Assembly (NCBI GenBank): GCA_001687465.1
Contig: LVLI01000070.1
Location: 1 to 44,872, forward strand
Direction of reading: 5' to 3'
Origin: Halocafeteria seosinensis
Lineage: Eukaryota
Length of the DNA stretch: 44,872 nucleotides
Part shown: positions 36,665 to 44,872 of the stretch, one piece after another
Position numbering within the stretch: the stretch's first letter is position 1
Layout: each line of letters starts with the position of its first letter
Translations under genes and position numbers: made by a program
The notes under the pieces: model-generated
Database searches by the model: none
Told to the model about the DNA's origin: nothing
Seen by the model: only the letters and a program-made list of their open reading frames with translations

Positions 36665-39600
36665 ATGGTATCGGAAGTTAATGAAACGGGTGCAACGAAT
36701 AATGAGGCAACCCTGGGTGTAAACGATGAGGCTGCAAATGATTCAACTGCCTCGACCACCTCGCAGCAGCAACTACCTTCAACCTTAGGAAAGCGATTTT
36801 ATTCTGATACCGTCCCAACGGCGGTATCTGATGTCACTGACAAACGTCAATGCCTCTGTGAGTTGGACAATGCCTCTAAAGCATTTGCCCACACTGGAAA
36901 CCGCGTGGCGCAGTCGTCCGATGACGGAGAGCATCCGGCTGTCGGACGGGCAGGCAATCAAGTCGGCAGTGCCGCTACGTTGACTATGAGATCCCACGGT
37001 CATATCACCTTCGACGGTTCTGATGATAAGGAACCAACAGGCAAGGGCAGTCCAGTCGATTCTACGAATAGCAGCACTACAACCACTGTGTTCGGCGACC
37101 AAAACGCCAACTCCAGAGCTCTCTGGACGTCGACGCCCTTCCGTTCGACTGGACAGCGGACAAGTGGACAAACTCTCCAGAATGGTAGTGCTTCGACTAC
37201 GCCAAGCAGCGTGTCCAGAGCGAACTCTTCAGACAACCGTCATGAGCACGTCGAGAGCGCAAAAACTATTTCTCCTCAATCACAACTCCCCTCCTCTCCC
37301 GGGACACCGACTGGTCGGACTAACAACCATATACCGCCAGACCACAGCACCCCAGTGTGCTCCACTACTTCACAGTCGTGCTCTACAATGGTTGGCCGGG
37401 TATGTAGAAATAAGGACGTTATTAGAAAACTGAACGGGGAACATGTGCACGTAACAGGCTCTTGCGGGAAGGCAGAAGGAACAATTAGTATCGCACAACG
37501 AGGTGCTCCAAGAATTGTCGAGCAAACGACACGAGAATATATGACTTGCAGCGAGTTTGCTGCTCTTGCCGGACCTGGAAGCGCACGTTCGATCTACGAC
37601 CGGATTGTACTCAGCAGATCAGGTGAGACTCTTCTAGATATCGCAGGCAAAGAGGATATCCAGCTCCAGCACCACTACCGGCGTTTAGCCGAGGACCAAG
37701 GCCTGGAGACGGTTGAAATGGACGAACTAGCAGCAAAACTGTCCGACGCCAACCGTAACAACGCACAGCGAATTCTTTCGGCTTCAAACGCATCTCCAAA
37801 ACGTGCGGCTCCAATTGTATACCGCGTTCTATCCGTGGAGGACAGCCACAAACTGGACGAAATTCTAAAGAATGGAATCGACCGCAGGTGCCCATCTACT
37901 GATGTTGGAATATCGTCTCCGACGGAGTACTTGGTGAGACTTCAAGCTCATGTTAACTCAGGAACAAAGTCCTCAACTACAAGTTGGTTCATCAGCACGA
38001 CAAAAGACATGCAAACAGCTCTCTGGTGGTCCCACTATGGTTTATTGCCAATTGTTCAAATCGACTTAGATAAGGTGGGAAACTCCCCTTGGTATGATAT
38101 TTCCAGCGACGACAGTATTGTGCGATCAATCCTCAATCAGAAACAACAACGCTTTGCTGATGCCTCAAGCGAGCTGCTAATTGATCGATACATTCCTGCA
38201 GAAGCCTTGAGTCGGGTAGAAATCGAACTGGATCGACCAACAGAAACGTCCGCAGTGATACCTCCCGTACAAGCGATGATGTCACCGCGGGGTGGAAACT
38301 CCAAAAAGGCGCAGTTGGTAGATGGTAGAAAACAGACTTATTTCCCGAAGTCCTTGACGTCGAAAGACAAAGGCTGGCGATTTAACACTCTTGCTCAGTT
38401 CAGCAACAGCACGACCAAACCGCTACTAATTGAGGATCAGTCGACGGGGAAGAAGTTCATTTGTAAAAGAGGCGGCCACCAGAAGGGGGGATATAGCACA
38501 ATACATAGCCATGCAAAAGACGAGCTTTTGGCGTCCGCTGTGTATCGGGCGTTTTCAGTCCCATGCCCTGCGTGTATGTGCTACAAGGTTATGTGCCAAG
38601 TGTCGGGCCAAAAATTCCCAATATGGATGCTGCTGCGAGAGTACATTCCCTCTGAGGACATCCAACTATTCCAGGAAGGCGATAAGTATCTAAAAGACGA
38701 TGCAAGAGAAGGTCTTTTTGTTGACCTTCTAGTTAACAACACAGATGCCACAGGGGCATCTTTCCAAAATTTATGGGTTGTGAATCAGCGTGTAGTTCGG
38801 AGCGACCTCGGTGCATGCATGGGACGAAACCCAAATGGTCAAATTGCACGAGCCTTTTTTCCGGATGACGCAAGCATAAAAAAATTGCTTGATACAGTGC
38901 GTGGGGGCCAACCGCAATGCAAGAATCCTTGGGAAAGACTTATGGCTGGGGGGTCAATTGAACGCTATTTAGCCAGGTATAGCGAAAAGGGTCCGAAGAG
39001 ACTCGAAACTCTAGAGCAATGGCTTACCACATGTCCATCGATGGATGCCCTAGACTGGGATAGGTTCAACATGCTTCGGTGTCGACTCTCTTTCTTGCTG
39101 GGTTACAGTCGGAAGAACTGCTCAAGTACGCAGGTGAGAGGGGATGACCTAGGGACAAGGTCCGCGTGTCAGCAAGTACAGAGAACCGCAGACCTAAGCA
39201 GTGAATGTCAAGTCAGGATACCTTTTCAATCCCAAGACATGGGAGATCCCACGGCAAGTGCTGCTCGGACAGAAACGTGCGGCGCTGTTCCTTTGACGTA
39301 TCAGGCTTGGGCCTCTCCTAGTGCTCACGTACCCGCAGATGACCTCAATGAAAGAGTTCAGGTGGTCTCGCGAAACGCGCCAAAGAAAATGGAAAAAGTC
39401 CGTCAAGACCTTCAGGCACTCATCGGCACCCATCAACAAGTGTTGGACTTGGACGTTACTTCGCGAACCACCGACGACGAACTTAGGCAACTCTCCCCTT
39501 TCTATCCCGTTGGGAATATTCCGGTAGATCAATTCGTGACTGGTTTCGAGGATAGTCTCAGTGAGACCGTTGAGGGAGTTTGGCAAGGACTGAAGACATT

Positions 39601-39994
39601 TGAAGGAAACGAGAAGACTTGTGCCCAAGGGCCTGATAGTGGTAAATTCAAATTGACAAACATGAAAGGAATAAAGCGTACAACAAAAAAATTTGGGAAG
39701 GTTCTTGGACACTATTGGGATGGTTCCAAAGTGCTCGCCTATCCTGAAGCACGCCGCGATATTTATATCCCGGTTTATCGATGGGTGCTGCAAACCAAGC
39801 TCACAGACGTAGTGCGCCGTCGCTTAATCCAGCCGCTATTACAAGGCGACGCCATCATTCTTCGTGACTTCCACTGTAATGGCGATTGGAAAGAACATAA
39901 GGTACTGTCTCATGCGCAAGTATTAAAAGCCTATGTCTTAGAGCTTGCACGAAAGCAGCGGAGCAACGACCGTCACGAAGAGATATGCAGGTAG
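36665..39994 (+). CDS. Multidomain protein: S/T-rich disordered N-terminus, SAND/TDBD-like domain, R-S-E ADP-ribosyltransferase-like domain, HipA/PI3-PI4-kinase-like domain, DUF6939-like domain
   Basis: Open 1117-codon ORF (first ATG 36665). MTCSEFAALAG...IVLSRSGETLLDI (~37430-37643). IVYRVL...HVNSG...SWFISTTKD...IVQIDL...SSELLIDRYIPAEAL (37814-38221). KFICK...DELLASAVY...VDLLVNNTD...QNLWV...RSDLG (~38375-39110). DVTSR...LSPFYPVGNIPV...TVEGVWQGLKTF...EARRDIYIPVYRWVL...LSHA (~39354-39937). Confidence 0.85.
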   Translation: MVSEVNETGATNNEATLGVNDEAANDSTASTTSQQQLPSTLGKRFYSDTVPTAVSDVTDKRQCLCELDNASKAFAHTGNRVAQSSDDGEHPAVGRAGNQVGSAATLTMRSHGHITFDGSDDKEPTGKGSPVDSTNSSTTTTVFGDQNANSRALWTSTPFRSTGQRTSGQTLQNGSASTTPSSVSRANSSDNRHEHVESAKTISPQSQLPSSPGTPTGRTNNHIPPDHSTPVCSTTSQSCSTMVGRVCRNKDVIRKLNGEHVHVTGSCGKAEGTISIAQRGAPRIVEQTTREYMTCSEFAALAGPGSARSIYDRIVLSRSGETLLDIAGKEDIQLQHHYRRLAEDQGLETVEMDELAAKLSDANRNNAQRILSASNASPKRAAPIVYRVLSVEDSHKLDEILKNGIDRRCPSTDVGISSPTEYLVRLQAHVNSGTKSSTTSWFISTTKDMQTALWWSHYGLLPIVQIDLDKVGNSPWYDISSDDSIVRSILNQKQQRFADASSELLIDRYIPAEALSRVEIELDRPTETSAVIPPVQAMMSPRGGNSKKAQLVDGRKQTYFPKSLTSKDKGWRFNTLAQFSNSTTKPLLIEDQSTGKKFICKRGGHQKGGYSTIHSHAKDELLASAVYRAFSVPCPACMCYKVMCQVSGQKFPIWMLLREYIPSEDIQLFQEGDKYLKDDAREGLFVDLLVNNTDATGASFQNLWVVNQRVVRSDLGACMGRNPNGQIARAFFPDDASIKKLLDTVRGGQPQCKNPWERLMAGGSIERYLARYSEKGPKRLETLEQWLTTCPSMDALDWDRFNMLRCRLSFLLGYSRKNCSSTQVRGDDLGTRSACQQVQRTADLSSECQVRIPFQSQDMGDPTASAARTETCGAVPLTYQAWASPSAHVPADDLNERVQVVSRNAPKKMEKVRQDLQALIGTHQQVLDLDVTSRTTDDELRQLSPFYPVGNIPVDQFVTGFEDSLSETVEGVWQGLKTFEGNEKTCAQGPDSGKFKLTNMKGIKRTTKKFGKVLGHYWDGSKVLAYPEARRDIYIPVYRWVLQTKLTDVVRRRLIQPLLQGDAIILRDFHCNGDWKEHKVLSHAQVLKAYVLELARKQRSNDRHEEICR

Positions 39995-40253
39995 AAGCTG
40001 ACCTGACGCATCCATGGAGTCAGAGCATGTGAATAACAACACAGTATCCCCCAATGAAATCTATACATTTATAAAAATCCCCCTCTCGATGGCAAGTTCT
40101 CCTCGCTGTTTACACTGTTGAACTCCAAACAACAATCTGAACAATAAAAAAAAACGTGCGCTCTCGATAGCTATCGTTACTCTAACGAATTATCCGTCGT
40201 ATCTGATTCATGGAAGTTGCAACGCATTTCACACGCATAGGAACGTGTGTAAA

Positions 40254-40377
40254 CTTTGTAGACACACACACAAATGTGACAGATAGCCCACCGTCCGGGA
40301 AGTTGACCGCATCCTCTTAACGAGGAGCGGTATGCGCCCGTGTTAAGCAGCGACGGGCCCGCTGTTCCTTTGTAGAC
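40254..40377 (-). mobile_element. 5'-truncated (104 nt) copy of the (TG)n-tailed retroelement
   Basis: 40264-40367 is flanked by the perfect 10-bp direct repeat ctttgtagac (40254-40263, 40368-40377). The paralogous site at 35231-35240 (ctttgtaggc) is empty. Confidence 0.9.
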
Positions 40378-40572
40378 TTCCAGTTGCAACGGCTGACAGA
40401 CTTTGCAATATACTATGTAAGTTATGTAACTCATTCATACTGCCCCTTCTATTTCACACAATCATTCAAGGGCGTACTAGCCGATTATTGCTGAATTTGA
40501 ATCAAAAAATGAAATAGACCGGAGGACTGGTGCTGGAATACCATGTGCTGACTCCCAACTTCGGTGTGTGTG

Positions 40573-40905
40573 ACTCAGGAGCTACATCCTCAACTACAAG
40601 TTGGTTCATCAGCACGACAAAAGACATACAAACAGCTCTCTGGTGGTCCCACTATGGTTTATTGCCAATTGTTCAAATCGACTTAGATAAGGTGGGAAAC
40701 TCCCCTTGGTTTGACATTTCCAGTGACGACAGTACTGTGCGATCAATCCTCCATCAAGAAACAACAACGCTTTGCTTATGCCTCAAGCGAGCTGCTAATT
40801 GATCGATACGTTCCTGCAGAAGCCTTGAGTCGGGTAGAAATCGAACTGGATCGACCAACAGAAACGTCCGCAGTGATACCTCCCGTACAAGCGATGATGT
40901 CACCG
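40573..40905 (+). pseudogene. Frameshifted fragment of the ART domain of the 36665-39994 gene
   Basis: Near-identical to 37956-38287, and shares the +1 frameshift and the Ile->Thr change with the left fragment. Confidence 0.88.
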
Positions 40906-41094
40906 TGCGCGAGTCAGACGGTTCAAGTTCACCTGAAACTTCCTCGCAGACTTTATCTGCTCCCGGCGGTGGGCGGATGGACCCTTGGGGACCATTGACT
41001 AACATGTACAAGTGCACTGAGCAGCTCATGGACCTAACCGAGGAGGCCCCTGTCCCATGTGTCCTGCGGATTCCATATTCCATATATTCGGCGA

Positions 41095-41117
41095 ACTACT
41101 ACTACTACTACTACTAC
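41095..41117. repeat. (ACT)7 microsatellite
   Basis: Directly visible. Confidence 0.9.
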
Positions 41118-41545
41118 GGGCAGTGAAGAGAGTTGTGGATGATGAAGAATGCAACAGTTGCGGCGGCAAGACCTGTTTTCATTGCATCGAGTACACTTGG
41201 GCTTGCGTCAGCAGATCTATGGTAGATGTTCCGTCTGATAGACCTCAGCACAAGAGTGCGAAATCGTAACGTGTGCGTACAAGGGAAACCACAGCCACGA
41301 ACTTGAATGTTCACACCGCTGTGGTGTGTCATGCTCAATGGCTTACTGGTTGGGGTTTCTGTATGTATGTATGTTTGGTTTTCTTGGCTAAATTCGATTT
41401 TATCAGTCTCTGCACTTACGAGCCGTTGGAGCCGAGGCGAGGCTAGAATGGACTATCACTAGGTAGCGTACAGCCACTGCAGACGATGCTTCATCTTGTT
41501 GCTTTGTTCGTTTGCCGGGCGACTCTGGAGGCTGAATTCCCAAAG

Positions 41546-44485
41546 CTACTGTACTTCACCCAGCCATTCGCGAAACATCCGGTCGAGCTTGTCATACCGC
41601 AGTTTGATCTTTTCTTCAACCGATTCATTTTCGGTACCAGGGATCCCTCGATCTAATACAAAGTCACGCATCTCAGTTAAACATTTGCGGAACAGCGGGC
41701 TGACATGGCGCAACTTGTATTCAAAGTAACTTTGTTCACGGCAAAAGAGGGCGCACTTCATTGCATACATTTCTGAGCACGAGTAGTGCTTCCCGACCGG
41801 CCCTTCCCAGGGTAAACGTTCACTATCACGTGCAAAGTGGAGCATAGAGTAAAGCAAACTCTCCCAATCGTCCTCGATCTCCTGCTCCTCTGTGGTGATC
41901 TCGTTGCTCCTGCGTTGTTGCAGCATACAGGAATGTAGCTTACGGGAGAAGTATGGCCATTTTCCCGACATTCCTCCAGGGTTTCCAGCCTTCAAGGACG
42001 CATCAAAATCAATAAGGTAGCCCTCGGTTCCGTCGGCTCCATCGTATTGTATCATATTATGCGGGGAAACATCCCCATGCAGGACTTTTGCATTGAACGA
42101 CGCATACAGCGCCCGATGTACATCTCGCAAGCAACCCAAGATAACACGTTCCTCTAATTCCCGCGTTATTCTCTCCCCAATTGGGAAGATCCCCAGAACC
42201 GGAACCTCTGAGCCATCTACCTCCATGGTACCTTTGAAAACCGGGCGTACAACATGTTTAACGTCCGCCTTCGCGAGCTCAGTTAACGTCGTATACTCAT
42301 GGTCCCTGTGATCTGCACCCTTTGGGAATGCTTTCACGGCAATAACATACTGGGTATTGGGATCGGATCTCTCGACGCGCCACACAATCTGCTTGTTATC
42401 TCTATACGCCTTCGGTACCACAGTAATCTTCCCCTCATTACTCAAATCGTAGTCCCCCGTTTTCTCCTCCACAATAAGCGAGTTCCACGCTATAGTCGAC
42501 GGTATACCTCCATGCTCCGCGTGCGTCCAATTCAAGAGACATAGTAGCAACTTTAGTCCCCCTTTATCCGAACCAACTGTCCAGCTGCACACATGAGGTT
42601 GTATGTAGATACGCCTTTCAGTTTCAGTTTGATGCAACACCAACAGTCTATTCTTCAGAAACCCCAGAAACGTGAACCGTTTTCGGCCACATTGATCCTT
42701 CTACACAGAGGATATTCTCCGAAGAAGTTGGCCCACGAGTTCCTTCTCGGCAGACCCAGTTGCTGCTTTTTTGACCTCCACTGATGCCGTCATGGACGCT
42801 TGAGAAAATGCTTGACTAGAGCTCAGGCAGCAATCATGCTTGTCATCTGAACCTTTATTGTACCTAGAGATAACGTGCAAGGGAGAACCGAGAAGCTTCG
42901 TAAGCGTATGCAGTCTTAACATGTAATTCTGTGCCAACGGATCTTCATACTCAACATCTTTGCTTTCAACCGCTTGTCCGTAAAGTGTGTTTGCCTTATC
43001 CAGACTCGGTGGACACATGTACGCCTTATGATCTTGGAAAGCTTCTAAAACCACTTCTTGATGCATGCCTTGTGTTACCTTATTCGAAATCCACTCCACA
43101 GCCCAATCGAATACGGCGTTAGAAAGTGTCCCCCTGTTCTGTTGCGCGGATGTGGCGTTGTACTTAGCGGGATGGTTTTTTCGCTCCTCTACGAATGCGT
43201 CGTAGCACTCCCTCAAGGTCTTATTAACTGTATACACGAGCTTGTCCAATTCATCCCCATCCATACGAATAGTCGCTGTCCAAGCCATCAAGAGCTTAGC
43301 GCCTTCATTTTGCTCCACGTTGGCTAAAAACTCTTTCGCCACGTCCGTGTCAGTCTTCTTGTCAGGAATATTGCTGGTCGAATATGCCTGAGCGACTTCC
43401 ATTCGCTTTAATCTTTCGCTCATCTTTTCCAATTTCCAACCTACGTCGTCTGCGAAGCAAATAGGTGGATACTATAACCCACTGGCAGTTTGGCAAGGCA
43501 AACCGCGTTAACACGCACCAACATTCGACGAGCTTGCCGTCGCTGTCTCTCCTGCAATGTCACAAACAGTAAATCAACGCACATTTCAATAAATTTTATT
43601 TCTCCCGTCGCACAGCAGTACACACATTACAGCTCTTTCGTCCACCAACATACGCGTGTAAAAGACCAAATGAAAAGTTGGATTGCACGCCGACCACAAT
43701 TCATCCTTGGGTCCTTTATGCTTCCTCCCTTCATTGCTGCTCCCCGCTGGCACGACTTAGGAGGCTTGGGACAGAAAAAAAGGTCAGGGTACAACAAACA
43801 CCCTCTCTTCGGCGCGACAAAAAGGTGAGTGTGTCATCCCGCCGACCACGGCATTGGAGTCTACCAGACCGCTGTCCCGATACAGTTTCGGACACAAACT
43901 GTACGACCTACTTAAGAAACAAGGCCCTCAAAGCTCTACCTAGCCGGTAGATCACAACAATACACACTACTACGATGGCTTACCTTTTTCATCGTCGCAG
44001 AGTTCCGACACCAGAGAAGACAGAGCCTCTCTCAACAGAAACAGTGCTCTCTCTCCTGGTTTCCCATCGTTATACATTTTACAGTCGTTTGCAATCTTCA
44101 ACCATTCTTCAAACCTCGTGTACATTTCGGACTTATTCTGTACAGGGTAAAAATCCTTAAGTTTTCCCTGCTTGTAGGCCGTGTTAGCCGGGGCGTCTGA
44201 CAAAAGGAAACACGCCACGAGAACTTTGACTCTCAGAGCTTCCATTTGCGATCCATTCAGGCCCTCTGTACCAACGTCTTGACATAGCCATTCTTGAATG
44301 TGTAAAAGAGTGTCTTCTGTGATGCCGCGTGGGTCCTTCAGACATCTCCCAATGCTACTTGCGAAGGATTCCTCCTTTTTGCCTTCCTCCTCCTCTTTGA
44401 CTTTGCACCCTCCCGGTATGAACCAGCCCGGAATACATTTCGTTGTGATGGCTTCTAATAATCCAGGCTTTGGTTGTGCAGCCAT
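41546..44485 (-). pseudogene. Crinkler-type effector-like gene (header, REase-like domain, FunK1-like protein kinase) interrupted by one in-frame TAG at 42703-42701
   Basis: Kinase motifs AVKAF, HEYTTL, LHGDVSPHNM, YLIDFDAS, SGKWPYFS and DDWESLLY. REase-like HDCCL...SVEVKK...GQL. ORFs 43432-42701 and 42643-41546 are in the same frame. Header exon 44485-43984 and a 33-nt exon 43551-43519 splice in phase 1 to 43440. Confidence 0.7.
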
Positions 44486-44747
44486 TTTCGTCTTCTTTTA
44501 CGTGTTGTCGTTTCCGTTGGCTCTGCCGGGACAAAGTTCGTCTCCAGTGGTAACCTAAACGGTTTGGGTTTGGCTGCGCTGGGCGAAGTCAATTCAACCC
44601 CAAATTAAATAAAAGACGACGTTCTTCCTCTACTTCTGCCTCATATGTTAGATAGGACTATGAGGTGGTGCTATGCTATGACATGCTGTGGGTGGTCAAC
44701 AACAACAAGACTTTTTCCATTCAACTTTGAAGTGGAACTAACTTCGT

Positions 44748-44865
44748 GGTACCCGGGCTTCGGGCCGGGCCCGGCATGCCGTCATCATGCGCGGCGTCAT
44801 GCATTGCCGTGGGATTGCACGGTGGCAATCATTGCCAGGCAATGCATGGCCGCCATGACATGACC
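44748..44865. other. GC-rich cluster of overlapping palindromes
   Basis: gccgggcccggc (44764-44775), tggcaat-c-attgcca (44823-44837), cattgcc-a-ggcaatg (44830-44844) and catggc-c-gccatg (44845-44857). Confidence 0.6.
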
Positions 44866-44872
44866 AGGAAAT

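Larger units (their letters stand above)
40129..40905 (+). repeat. Right direct-repeat copy: the same non-coding segment plus a broken ART fragment
   Basis: Aligns with 35097-~35747 apart from a retroelement insertion (40264-40367) and small indels. Confidence 0.9.

Noticed and set aside
35097..40905. LTR retrotransposon with the direct repeats as LTRs
   Set aside because: No TG...CA termini, PBS/PPT, TSD or gag/pol are visible, and the repeats include part of the internal gene and end at different points.
41057..41269. CxxC...CxxC zinc-finger-like ORF
   Set aside because: It is short, overlaps a microsatellite and has no supporting context.
1..44872. CRISPR array, tRNA/rRNA genes, prokaryotic operon or alternative genetic code
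   Set aside because: No regularly spaced repeats or recognisable structural RNA genes were seen. Spliceosomal introns show the DNA is eukaryotic, and TAG serves as the normal stop of intact genes (USP, TARBP1-like), so it is not reassigned.

Overview
Eukaryotic genomic DNA, probably from a protist (stramenopile-like by inference), with short GT-AG introns. A block of ordinary genes (about 15.3-34.6 kb) holds three hypothetical proteins, a GSK3-like kinase, a TARBP1/Trm3-like tRNA methyltransferase and a serine carboxypeptidase; a USP32-like deubiquitinase lies at the left end. Two accessory islands (about 6-15.2 kb and 34.7-44.9 kb) carry Crinkler/RHS-type effector genes and pseudogenes, plus four copies of a (TG)n-tailed non-LTR retroelement. 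Three copies have target-site duplications, and the longest retains RNase H and chromodomain remnants. The most striking feature is an uninterrupted ~1110-aa ORF (36665-39994) that fuses a SAND/TDBD-like domain, an R-S-E ADP-ribosyltransferase, a HipA/PI3-PI4K-like kinase and a bacterial-type DUF6939-like (possibly NADAR-fold) domain. It is flanked by direct repeats containing broken copies of its own ART core, and may be a single-chain ADP-ribosylation writer/eraser conflict system. All family assignments are from motif recognition by eye; no database search was run.
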